NCBI GenBank assembly: GCA_951406725.2
Contig: OX597820.1
Coordinates: 76,136,001-76,200,000, forward strand
DNA from: Octopus vulgaris
Taxonomy: Eukaryota
DNA: 64,000 nt
Reading direction: 5' to 3'
A model generated the notes under the pieces. The model did not search any database. It had not been told where the DNA came from and saw nothing but the letters and a program-made list of their open reading frames with translations. The number at the start of each line of letters is the position of its first letter. The stretch's first letter is position 1. Of the stretch, positions 26,715 through 41,052 are shown piece after piece. The position numbers and the translations under genes are program-made.

Positions 26715-27070
26715 AAGGGAGAAACAGACAGATAGACAGATAAGCAGCTCATAAGATAGATAGATAGAGAGAGGGGGGGGCAGACAGATGGGTAGGTAGA
26801 TAAACAGACACAGAATATAGGTAGGTAGATAGACAGACAGACAGACAGATAGATAAACAGACCTATTAGATAGATGGACAGACAGACAGGCAGATAGATA
26901 GATAGAAAGATAAATAGAAAGGTTTCCACACAGCTTCTGTCTACTGAATTCATTCACAAGGCATTGGGCGGCGCAGGGCTTCAGTAGAAAACAATTGCCA
27001 AAGGTGCCGCCCGGACGGACTGAACTCAAAACCACATAGTTGCAAAGCAAGCGCGCTGATCACATAGCCA
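26460..27070 (-). mobile_element. SINE family 2 copy with expanded (GATA/GACA)n interior
   Basis: Tail and head motifs of family 2 in reverse orientation. Confidence 0.65.
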
Positions 27071-27176
27071 TTCGAATGAACGCTCGCAATTCTTTAATTT
27101 CATTGTGATAATGAAAGATATTTAATATTTACTCAACTGCATTTAATTTACATTAATTTCAGGTTATTAAATCAGT

Positions 27177-27585
27177 TGAGCTGGCAGAAACGTTAGAATG
27201 TCGAACAATATTCTTAACTGCACTTCTTCAAAATCTTTACGTTCTGAGTTCAAATTCCGCGTATGTCGGCTTTACCTTTCATTCCTTTTACGGTCGATGA
27301 AATGTATTTCTCCCTCCTCGAAAATTGCCGGCCTTGTGCCAGAATTCGGGATCATAATTTCAAGTCTATTTAAATAGGCGTGTTAGCAGAAATGTCAGCC
27401 TGTGGACAAAATGTCGCTTAGCACTTTTTCCATCATAACGTTCTGGATTGAAATTCCGCCGAGAGGCCGACTTTGTCTCTCATCTTTTCAGGGTAGATAA
27501 ATTTCTTACTAGTTGAGATCTGAAGCGATGTAATCGACTTACCCTCTCCCCTCAAAAATTGCTAGCCATGTGCCAGAATTAGGAT
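27177..27585 (+). mobile_element. Two tandem diverged SINE family 3 copies
   Basis: gagctggcagaaacgttag...gttctgagttcaaattccg, then a second head at ~27377. Confidence 0.65.
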
Positions 27586-27979
27586 TACTTTAAAGTTATC
27601 AAAACTTTATTTTCAAATAGATTTAATATCAAGGATATTCTAATAACTATTCTTCAATTGTCTTGACGAATTTCCTAACTCAAAACTCGGTACTGCAGAC
27701 CTCCCTTTAACCGATTCCGGAAGCAGCGGACAAAATCACGTCATATCAACAGCGCCTCTTCCCCATCCATTGTAAGTTTGATTTTAAATTGAAAATGCTG
27801 AGCTTACCGTATTATAGAGTATATTTAGAGTGTACAGGAATTTTACAATGTCAGATAGGCTAGTGTGCTTGATTAAAAGTACAGTACTGTATTTATTCCT
27901 CTGTCTGTCATAATATAACTGATGATATTAGCCACTCTTAATGTGAGTGTCGGTACCTACGAACAATCGGTTTCATTGG

Positions 27980-28209
27980 ACGGCAAGCTGGCAGAAAAGT
28001 TTGCACGCCGAGCGAAATGCGTAACCGTATTTCGTCCGTCGTTACGTTCTGTGTTCAAATTCCGCCGAAGTCGACTTTGTCTTTCATCCTTTCGGGGTTG
28101 ATAAATTAAGTACCAGTTACGCACTGGGGTCGACGTAATCGACTTAATCCGTTTGTCTGCCCTTGTTTGTCCTCTCTGTGTTTAGTCCCTTGTGGCTAGT
28201 AAAGAAATA
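27980..28209 (+). mobile_element. SINE family 3 with target-site duplication
   Basis: Flanked by ggtttcattgg at 27969 and 28210. Confidence 0.85.
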
Positions 28210-28251
28210 GGTTTCATTGGACGACCGATGTTACCGGCTTATATTCCGTTG

Positions 28252-28322
28252 TACCGTTGTATTATTATTAAGAGCGCGGGCTACTAACCTAAAGATTGCG
28301 AGTTCGATTCCAAGCAGTGACC

Positions 28323-28378
<56 letters not shown>

Positions 28379-28543
28379 CACAACAACAACAACAACATAG
28401 AAAAATACCTTTCGAATAGATTTAATATTAAGGAAATTTCCCCAAGACACCTGATGAAGGCTGGAGGGTATATCAGCCGAAACGTTGTGTTAACAACAAA
28501 CAAGATGAGAAGAAATATCCGTCAAATGTGAATAATGTAAATA
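28252..28543 (+). mobile_element. tRNA-headed SINE-like element with internal (AAT)n and a hammerhead-containing tail
   Basis: ttaagagcgcgggctactaacc...GAGTTCGATTCC (B box at 28300-28311), then (AAT)n/(AAC)n, then an HHR at 28446. Confidence 0.6.
28446..28491 (+). ncRNA. Minimal type I hammerhead ribozyme, intact core
   Basis: gacac-CTGATGA-a-ggctg gagggtatat cagcc-GAAA-cg-T-T-gtgtt. Confidence 0.85.
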
Positions 28544-31500
28544 GTATACATTATTTTCAGGTTATCAAAAGTTTATATTCAAATAGACTCAATATTAGGA
28601 ATAGCTTATAATAATTTTGCCTGCCATTGCGTTGCTTTGCCCATCGATAACGCTTTCACGTGATTAGTTGAAGAGAAGGTGAGGAGAAAGAAAACGGGAG
28701 AGAAAAAGAGGATGAGTCGAAAGGTGAGAAAGAAAAAGAGTGAGAGAGAGAAAAAGACGGAGAGAAGCATCCCTGACGTGAGGTAGGGGGAACGTAATAA
28801 AAAGTTAGTTAGAGGTAGAGGAGGAGAGTTAACAATATAATTTTAGCAGAGGGGTGATGTTCTGATGGTAAGGTTAAAGAAAGGTTAGATTGAGCGTAGG
28901 AGAGGGGAAGAAAGAGGGACAGAGAGAGATGATGATGATGGTGGTGGTGCAGACGGAGGTTGGTGGATGTAGTGATGCTGGAGGTGGCGGTGGTGACTGC
29001 ATAGTGAAAAGTGTATTTCTTTTAATTGAACTAAGTTTTTTTTTAATATATTACCTATCACTTAACGCATGCGGACAAGTGTAATTCCGTGAAATATTCA
29101 CGCTTCTTTACGTAACAGATAAATGCAATTTAACTAAAGGTTGTATCATATGTACAGGATGTTTATTTTTGTTTATGAGTGAAATGGAAAAATAAAAGTG
29201 AATATTTATTTTGAGTACTGTGTATCAAGTCTATAAAATTGTGCATAATGTATATAAATTTTATATTTAAAATGCATTAATTAATCATCGTATTCCAATT
29301 TCCTTCACTTTTCTATGAGTCGAAGATGAGCGACTATCTTTCCATACAGACGCAATACGGGCTACGCTTTCAGGTTTTTGGATAAAGTTTTCACACATAA
29401 TCCAACAGGTTTACCATTAATTCCATGAAATATTAACGGGTCCCGCTAGTTTTAATAACTCTGCTTAATTGTCTAGATTAATTCACTCACGTATTATATG
29501 GTTGGTAATTCACTAAAGAGAGCGACGCAATATTAGAACCGTTGCAGCGAACAAAATGCTTTATGCCTTTCAGCCTATAAGGGTCGATGAAGTAAAATAC
29601 CATTTAAGTAAAGGGATTAGTGTAATCGAGTTGCTCCCTCCCCTTCAAAATTGTTAGCCTTGAACCCTGCGTCCTGGTCAGGAGTAATCTTATACACTTG
29701 GTCACCTGTAAACCATGGAAACCGGGGGGGGGGCAGTGATATGAATCCTAGACCTATCAGAATGAAATAATCATTAATAAGTATTTTATGCAGCATAATA
29801 CCAAAACTTGTGTTGCTTCTCTCTCTCGTCACGCTATACACGATATAGCATTTCGGCTCAATAAAAGCAACCCATTGGAATAACAGCCAATAATCAACTA
29901 TTCATATTTCTTGAATATGAACGCCTCCAAGCGATTAGCGTATGAGACATACCTTTGCAAATTTGAAAAATCTTACATGTACCACTTCTAAGTTCATGGG
30001 CTTATACGATTGTTGAATCAAGGTAGCTGAAGCATGTGAAGTTAGAGATTTTAGCTTTGTTTCATACATTTTTTTTATTGTTCTTTTATTAATGTTCAGA
30101 TTATTTTCGTTTATTTGATATATAACTGAAAAAGTTTGATAAATGCAATTTATAAAATGAAAAACAAAACAAGAACATTACTTTATAAAATCTATATTTA
30201 ACTGACGTGGTTGTATGAAACTTATACACCCACGCTATGAATCTTCAAACGCACAATACGTTGTATTTCTATATATAATTGTGTAGTATTTATTTTACAT
30301 ACATGTATGATACGTATAGACAATATTGCCGAGTTCTCTATTGCTGGTTTATTCACCGCAAATCTTTTAATATGCCGACCGACATAAATATTTCTACACA
30401 ATACAGCTCTCTTCCACCCCACCTCTCTCTCTCTCTCTCTCTCTCTTTTTCCCCTGCTGCTATCAGCTACTCTCTGGTTTTGCCCATATACGCACATATA
30501 TATAATCTCACATACACACACGAGTATTTGCATATACGAATACACACACACACACACACACATAGGTAGATACGAATAATCGTACTCATTCATACACCCC
30601 CTACGACTAATATATATATGTAAATGAATATATAAATGTGTATGTACATATATATATATATGTGCCTACATATATATATATATATATATGTATGTATGCA
30701 TGTATATATATGTATGTATGTATATATATAAGATATACATATATATACACACACACACACACAAACAGACATACGCGCACACACACGTACACACACACAC
30801 ATACATACACATTTGCATGCCCGTACCCGTATGTATGTACATATACATATATGTACATAAGTACATATGCAATACACATGTGCACATTACACACACACAC
30901 ACACACATATATACATACATACATACCTATATATGTTTAAGTGCGTATGAATATATATATATATATATGTATGTATGCATATATGTGTGTGTGTGTGTGT
31001 GTATGCATGCTGTATGTATGAATGTATGCATGCACGTATGTATTTACGTATGTATGTATAAGTGTAACAATGCAGACTTGGTAACAATTGCATTTAAATA
31101 AAATTTATTTCACTCTTAAATTCAAAAGACATTTAATCCTTTCTTACTGACATTTAACAATATTTTCAATGAGGTGTTTTATTATCTCTAACACTAAATG
31201 TAAAATTTTAGCTCGCGTGACAGAGAAGAGTAAAGAGTAATGCTCTGACTTAAACTATTCACAATATGACATTTCAATTCAGAGAAAATTACATCAGCGT
31301 GACTTGCTATTCTTCATCGAATTTCTTTGCTAATAGGCATTACAGGCAGATAATTAGCTCATATTCAACCCCGCCGAAATGTAATCAGTGCTACGTTGAA
31401 TGATATAAAAAAAAGTGTTCAGCTTTATTGTCGTATCTTTTTTTTTTGTTTTCGTTCTGGTTCTGTGTTGTTAAGGAGGTGAAAGTGTGAGAGAAAAGAA

Positions 31501-31806
31501 GATTGTACCAAGTGAATTTGGCGAGTGTAATCTATCTTTGAAATCGACTACGTGTTGGAATATTGAAAAACTAGAAAAAAAAAAAAGAATAGTCAAGAAA
31601 AAAAGCGAAAAAAAAAACTATGCGAAAATCTTGGTTAGTTCAGTAATGGATTTCCTTAAAATGGATGTGCACATGTAATTACACACACACACACACTCTC
31701 TCTCTCTCGCACACAGTTCCTTTTTCTCTCTCTTTGACACCCACCCACACAGCATACATATATAACTGTATGGTTGCGTATATACGTATATGCATACATA
31801 CATATT

Positions 31807-31882
<76 letters not shown>

Positions 31883-33111
31883 TCATATAGAAAATATCAA
31901 ATAGATACATTAGTCAAACATATCCTATATCTCTGAATATGATTCTATGTATGTATGTATGTATGTATGTATATAAATATATATACATGTGTGTATGTAT
32001 ATATAGAAATATATGTGTGTATGTATATATGCGTATGTGTTTGTATTTATATATGTATATGCATGTATTATACACATGTATGTATATGTACATATATATG
32101 TATAGCCACATCGCAATTTCTCCGTGGAAAAGCCAATCTAGCTATTTAAAATCTAGGAAAATTCATTCCTTTGCTCCAAATCTTTCAAATAACTTAATTA
32201 TTTGTACGTTCCGCATCGTCATAAATTTCCATATACCCGTCGAGCAATAAATTTCCTCTCTTCATCTTGTGAAGTCAGTTATGATATGACAATTAATTTT
32301 TGAGGTCGCTAGCCTTACCAAATCACTGGCGGAAGTCAAGGGCTTTCAAAAGGAAGAATTTCTATATTGTTAAATGTTCGTCGCCTGCATACATTTAGAA
32401 GAATTTGCAGTTGACGTTATTTTCAATGTCGTGGAAACATTTGTTTGCGGCAACAATGCATTTACATTGAACAAGACTCCAAATTTACAATTAGCACTTC
32501 TCATTTACATTACACATGTAATTTTCGATTAATGCCGTCTAAAATGCAGTTACTAATTATATCCAGTTCCATTTCCGAGGTGTTTATTAGCGTGTATTTA
32601 TTAGTTGCTATAGGAGTTACTCCTGTGGATTTAAGCACTGTGCGCGGAAGTTTGCTTAGCGAGACATTTCACGTAAAGAAAACCCACACGCAGAAGTGAA
32701 CACTGGCAAATTTTCATACACGCATACCAACTTATATACGTACGTACATACACACACACACACACACATGCACATACATACAAACATGCATACATACATA
32801 CGAATAATAATTGGGGCATTTGGTTTTGTGATTAAATGCCTAACCGACAGTCTGGATAAGCTAGGGTTTTCAGAATATGTGATCAACCAAGTAACTTGAA
32901 TATTAAAAATACGATCTGTAAGTGGAACAGTAAAGATATTCAAGACTTTTCTCAAGTTTGAAAAGTAACATTGTTTTCGTTTCTTAAATTCTAAGCATGG
33001 AGCTTCGCATCTTGTTAGAAACCGGCACCTTCCTCAGAGGAAAAATCTGAGTAACTAAAAGCAGAAGAGAAACACACACGCGCACACACACACACACACG
33101 CACACACACAC

Positions 33112-33156
<45 letters not shown>

Positions 33157-33329
33157 TTGGCAGAAGCAGACCTTGAAGGATGATGGTATGTCATTGATGA
33201 GGTCGTGAATAGTACATGAAAGCGAGCTGAAAATTTGTGGATACCGAAGGTTACTCACTATCCACATAAATTCTACGAGAAATAAGGCCGAAACTGAGCC
33301 AAACCAAAATAAAAAAAAATAATAATCCT

Positions 33330-33515
33330 TTCTACTGAAAATAGGACTCAAATTTGGGTGAGGGGGGCTAGTCGATTAGATCAACATCAATGTTTCACTA
33401 GTACTTAATTTATCGACCACGAAAGGACACAGGCAATGTCGACTGCGGTGGAATTTGAACTTGGACTTTAAAGACGGACGAAATGCCACTAAGCATTTTG
33501 CCCGACGTGCTAACG
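33330..33515 (-). mobile_element. SINE family 3 copy
   Basis: Reverse complement of aatcgttagcacgtcgggcaaaatgcttag...caagttcaaattccaccgcagtcgac. Confidence 0.7.
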
Positions 33516-34022
33516 ATTATTAACAATAATAAATCTCCGAGGTGCTGCCCCATCAAGGCTACACTTCAATGACTAAACCAATCAAAAGATGAAAGATACC
33601 TAGATGTAAGAAATAAATATGGATTCATTTCAAACACTAGAGTTAATAGGTTAAATGTATGTTTTTTTGTCATAGGTGTTAGTTCCTCTGTGCATCAGGA
33701 GGAACCTAAAAATATCTTACTGAGATTTTTACCATGAACAAAGTTTTAGCAGCATAAAAAAATCAGATGCAAGTCTTTATGGGGAATTGGTAAAGTGGCA
33801 AAGAGAAATTCTGAGAGTTTACAGCTCACAAATTCAAGAGAGTGTAAAATAAGCAAATTATACATTTCGGTTCAAAGGAAACGGTAAGGTACATTTCAAG
33901 TTCTTGTTTTAAGTGGAAAATAAAATAAAAAACAAGAAATATAACTGCATTGCGATATATATGTTTACATAAGTATTCATGTATGTAGTATGTGTATGTG
34001 TATCTACGCATGTTGTGGATGG

Positions 34023-34202
<180 letters not shown>

Positions 34203-34811
34203 TATACATTCCTACATTATCAAATCATATTTTGAATGTATGTTTTGTTAATACCGTAGCTACATGTGTTTAGGAACATGCATACCTTATGTATGCAGTG
34301 TTAATAAAGCTTACGTTATTGAGCTGCTTATGACAAAAATTTAAATGTGTTTTTATGTGTGTATATATATTCCTTACAAACGAGGGAAGCAGAATAAGTT
34401 CAAAATAGCATTTGGTATATATTACTTAACGTGAATATATTATAGAAAGATAAATAACGGCAGTATTCACCGCTAAATAACATCCGTACAAACTTATAGT
34501 GCTCAAAAACACAGAAATATATCAGCAACAGATGGAAAGCTTCTGCAGCGGTGGTGGAATTGTTATATCCAGATTTCTGCTTTTTTGCAGCGTCATCAGT
34601 AACAAGTATCCATTGGCAATCGTATGCTTATATCTACGTTAAGCAAGACACACCGAATGCCATATCGATCAGTCAAACGATCCATTCATTGAACCATCCA
34701 TCCATCCATCCATCCATCCATCCATCCATCCATCCATCCATCCATCCATACATACATACATACATACATACATACATACATACATACATACATACATACA
34801 TACGTACTTTA

Positions 34812-36077
34812 CATTGCTATGTTTTCATTATTCTGTGTAACGTCCTTTCTTTTTTATTTCAGCATCTTCAGTTCTTGAATGAACTATGCTAATAGCTTTT
34901 GAACGAAAATAGCCCATGTAGACATTTTTTGCGGGAAATGAAGGGTAATGATACACATTAAACATACATTGAGTATGTATTTAATAGAGACTCATAATAA
35001 TATTATAACAGTTATTGACATAATGAATTATTTTTCCACATGAGCGCCCGCCAAGGAAGACACGACCCGATTGTGAGACCTCCAAGACTGTGAGAGCTAG
35101 AGGTTTAAAGAATATTGGATGCAAGTTACGTGGGAAACCTGGACAAACATTTTCACCATCTCCAGACTTCCTCATATCCCGAAAACCACCAGAAATCGCA
35201 TCCTCGAGACCATGGCTTCCATGCGACAACCCCAGAGAGTGCCTCCTCACAAGAGTTTGAGGCTTCAATGGACCCAAAAGGACATGACGCCAGAAATGAG
35301 TGGCATTCTGTTCGCTGACGAAACCAGAGTGACCCTTGACGAATCTGACGGCTGGGAAAATGGTTGGGTCTGTTTTGGAGATGAGTGTCACCAACATATA
35401 CGACGGCAACAATAAGGTGGAGGAGTCATGTTGTGAGATGGTATAATTGGGGACAGACTTGTTGGTCCAATCAGAGTGCCTGAAGAGGTTAAAGTGACCG
35501 CTGCCGCCTACTATAATCTCTTGAAGGAGGTCTTGGATCCCTGGCTAGCTGACGTACTGCTGTCACTTCTAAGGAATCTCGTATTCATGCATGACAACAC
35601 TCCCTCCCACTCTGTTAGGCCACACATTACTAGGATCTCACAACATACAAGATGAAAGGTTGATGGTGTGGCTACTCGCATCTCCGGATCTCAACCCTAT
35701 CGAAAATCTTTGGTCTATCATTCAACAAAATGTTTATGCCGATGGATGCCAATTTACATCGAAAGATGTCTTATGGGCAACAGCAGAGGCAGTCCAACCT
35801 GTTACTATTAAGAAAATGACAGATTCCATGACTAATAGGATTTTTTGAAGCTATCTGTTGAAATGGCACTCATGTGGCTAAATAATTCATTATGTCAATA
35901 AATATTACAATATTATTATGGTTTTCTTTTAAATATATACTCAATGTAAGCTCAATATGTATCATTATCCTTCATTATGGGCTATATTCATTCAAAAGCT
36001 ATTAGTATGGTTCAGACCAAAACTGAATAATCTGATATAAAAAAGAAAGAACGTTACACAAAATAATGAAAACAGTG
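34812..36077 (+). mobile_element. Decayed Tc1-family DNA transposon with ~230-bp TIRs
   Basis: TIRs 34820-35050 / 35865-36077. Transposase remnants are ILFADETRVTLDESDG, GGGVML*DGI, VFMHDNTPSH and SPDLNPIENLW, with stops and frameshifts. Confidence 0.9.
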
Positions 36078-36971
36078 TGCAAACCAGCTAGGAAAATTTT
36101 TTATCAAAATCGATTCACAGAAAACCGAGAAATCCTAAATTTCACCACTAAGTTATTACTGTGGTTCTGGGTGTAGATCTGTGCGTTTTAGAATATGGCC
36201 GCAACATATGAACATGTATATATATATATACATTGTCAGCCATTTTCAGCTCCTAGAAATTTATAATCGCTATGATTTCTGATACATTATTCAGAATGGA
36301 AATTTTCTCTGTATTAATAGACACGTCAGACATATATGACTTATTTAGCTCGCATTGAAAGATTCTATGTTGTACTCTGTTAACCACTGAATAAGAATTT
36401 GAATTTTTTTTAGATTTATGCTTCATATAAAACAGTGTTAAAGGGAAAAAAATTGTACGAATCAAAATCACTGTATATATTCATTCTTTGGAAGTATCAA
36501 TATGTTGAAATGCTGGAATGTTGGAATTCTGGAATGTTGGATTATTGAAATGTTGAATATAAAAAAGGAATTTAAAAACCTAGGTTTGATAATGGATTTC
36601 ACGAAATTGATATTTGTGCAAACATCCATCCATCCATACATACATACACACGAATACATATACATACACATACACATACATATATACATAAATGCATGGA
36701 TAAATGTACACGCAATACACACGCATATAAATTGATATGTATATGCATATGTCAGCATGCATGCCTTGTATGTATGTGTGTGCGTGTGTATATATATATA
36801 TATATATATAAATATATATAAAAGCTTTTTATGTGCTCTATGTGTGTGTATAGGAAAGGGAGAAAGAGGAAGTGTGTGTATGTGTGTGCAAATTTTATAC
36901 GTACATATCTCAGCATATAAATGCATATATGTCGAAATGCAAATCAACAGATACAGGAATATACACTCACA

Positions 36972-37008
<37 letters not shown>

Positions 37009-37360
37009 ACATGCACACATATGTATGTATTATATATTATGAAATTTGGTAATAGTGTTAACCCGCTTTATTATATTCGCAGTGTCCTTTCCTCAACTCA
37101 TTCAGTCGCGTCTACCACACGACATCTTTCGCCTTATATTACAAGAAAAAGGAACACCGCTTGCCCTGTTAAAGGCGGGTTGTAGGCCGAATCTCACCAT
37201 GATTTCGACCGAGAGTCTCAAGTGCACCTCACGTTCCATATCGTTCTCGGAAATTCGAAGAGAACAATTTATTAAATACATAGATGTGATTCTATCGTCC
37301 ATTACAACAGCGATATTCGTCTATAAGTTTATCTATCACCACCAAGCAAACCTGGAGTTA

Positions 37361-38348
<988 letters not shown>

Positions 38349-38352
38349 TTAT

Positions 38353-38419
<67 letters not shown>

Positions 38420-38498
38420 GTTAGCTAGATACATAGATAGGGGGGAACACATACGGTCCCATGAGCCTGGCTGGGCTTGAAAAGGGCGCATAGATAAG

Positions 38499-38607
<109 letters not shown>

Positions 38608-38618
38608 TGTATTCTGTA

Positions 38619-38649
<31 letters not shown>

Positions 38650-39354
38650 CTATTTATATATATGAGAATATATCAAAATGTGTCTATGTGTCTGAGATAA
38701 TATCCGTTTTGTGGTTATGCGATAACATTGTCAAAGCATCATTTCCTCTGTAAATACACAAGTTCTCCACTGATTCTTGCAGCTTTTACATCCTGTGAAC
38801 TTTTATAACACGAACACACACACAAAAACCCCCCACATGAATGCACATTCATACGATACACATAAACACATAAACATAAAAAAAGATGCACCAGGAAATT
38901 AATATATACGTAGAAAATAAAATTCACACTTATATACATGAGCGTTAGCGGAGTGTCCTGTGTCTGAGCATTTCTGTATGTGGGAGCGCGTAGACGTCTA
39001 CTTGCATAAATACATACGTATTACGTCACATAGGATTTGATTCCAAGCCAAACTTAATAGTTGCAACATGATACAGTTTATCTGGGAGTTCCCTTGCTTC
39101 ATTTTTTATATTCTTTCAGGATAAGTGGGTTTTTTTTTTTTATCTGCTATTTTTCGTTTATTTATCTTTTGTACTCTGTTGCTGTCTAGAGTTCTACTCT
39201 CTTTTTTTTTATTCTTAAAAACAGTTGGCGCCTTGAATTCGTTAAGCCCGCAAATCCTACTTCGTTTTTAAAGTCACAAACTAAATTCCTTGGAAGAAAC
39301 TTCTCCGTTTCTTTCCTTCTCTTTCCTCTTAAAAAGTCGCCTTTTGTTTCACGC

Positions 39355-39990
39355 CTTTTACTTTTCTGCTCTTTTACTTGTTTCAGTTATTTGATTGTGG
39401 CCATGCTGGAGCACCGTCTTTAGTCGCGCAAATCGACCCCAGGACTTTTGTAAGCCTAGTATTTATTCTATCAGTGTCTTTTACCGACGGGACATAACAC
39501 ACCAGCATCGGTTGTCAAGTGATGTTGCGTGGATAAACACAGACACAACCGTATACACACACACATACATATATAAATATATACATATATACGTCGGGCT
39601 TCTTTCAGTCTCCGTCTACCAAATCCACTCACAAGGCTTTGGTCGACACCAGGCTATAGTAGAAGTCACTTGCCTAAGGTGCCACGCAATGGGACTGAAC
39701 TCGGAACCATGGTGGTTGGTAACCAAGCTACTTACCACACAGCCACTCAAATTTTATCTTTTACTTCTTTCACTTACTGGACTGTGGCCAGGTTAGGGCT
39801 CTGTCTTGATGGATTTAGATAAACAATCAACCCTAGGACTTAATTATTTAGGCTTTTGTAAATCTGATGTTATATTATTGGTCTCTATTGATGAATTGCT
39901 AAGTTTCAGGGACATAAACGACACTGGCTGTCAAGTTGTGGTGAGGATGAAAAGCAAACACAAAAAAACACTCTCCGTCACACACGCACG

Positions 39991-40033
<43 letters not shown>

Positions 40034-40205
40034 ACATATATGAGAGGCTTCGATAGAGTTTCCGACTACCAAATTAACTCACAAAGTATTAGACATCTCG
40101 GGCTATATTATAAGACACTTTACCCAAGGTACCGTACAGTGGTATTGAACCGGAAACCACATGGCTGTGAAACTAGCTTCTCAACCTCATAGCCATGCAT
40201 GCACC
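39355..40205 (-). mobile_element. Two tandem SINE family 2 copies
   Basis: 39355-39745 and ~39750-40205, reverse orientation. Confidence 0.75.
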
Positions 40206-41052
40206 TCGATGATTCACCGCGCTTCTTCTCGTGATTTCGATTTCGTGCGCCGACCGACCGGCCGCACTCGTGCTCGACACCGCTGCCGACGACCGAGAAC
40301 TCGCCTGAACAGGACGGGTCGGTTGTACACGATGTTTAGGTTACTTCAGGTTCCCCAGCATAAACCGAACACCCAGTGTACGCGCGCATTCTTCTACTTC
40401 TCACTTAGACGAACCTGCAACGGAGCGTATAACGACGCGCGCTCGTTTCCGGGGTAAGACGACGAAGACGATTACGACGACAACAGCCTGGCACCACCGC
40501 TCTATCGAGCGAGCGCGCAAACCGCGCGGTTCCTCTCGTAATGGACGGGATAGCCGTAGCCGAGTTGACGTTGCCGACGCCCGCCTAAGATCGGCCGGAG
40601 TGGCGTCGGCGGCAGCCACGACGGACGGCGCGCGAGCGCGCCGCCGCCGTAGCCGCACGCCGAGAACCCCGACGCGACTCGGGGCGCCGCGTACGCGCAA
40701 TGCGTCGGTAGGATAAGACTAACCTGTCTCACGACGGTCTAAACCCAACTCACGTTCCCTGTTAGTGGGTGAACAATCCAACGCTTTGCGAATTCTGATT
40801 CGCAATGATAGGAAGTGCCGACATCGAAGGATCAAAAAGCGACGTAGCTGCGAACGCTTGGCCGCCCACAAGCCAGTTATCCCTGTGGTATCTTTTCTGA
40901 CGCCTCTCGGCGGACGCATAACTCGCCGCTATTATTCGGAAAGGATCGATGGGCCACGCTTTCGCGGTTCATATTCATACTGAAAATCGAGATCGAGCGA
41001 GCTTTTACCCTTTTGCTCGACGTGACGTTTCCGACCACATTGAGCTCGCCTT
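40206..41052 (-). rRNA. 28S rRNA: Dispersed 28S rRNA 3' fragment (probable pseudogene)
   Basis: Reverse complements of conserved LSU blocks: ccagttatccctgtggt, gccgacatcgaaggatcaaaaagc, ctcacgacggtctaaaccca, and the sarcin-ricin loop ggttcctctcgta. There are substitutions at normally invariant sites. Confidence 0.92.

Noticed and set aside
29060-29452. Possible Helitron 3' end (cgggtcccgctagt)
   Set aside because: No clear subterminal hairpin or 5' TC end was identified.
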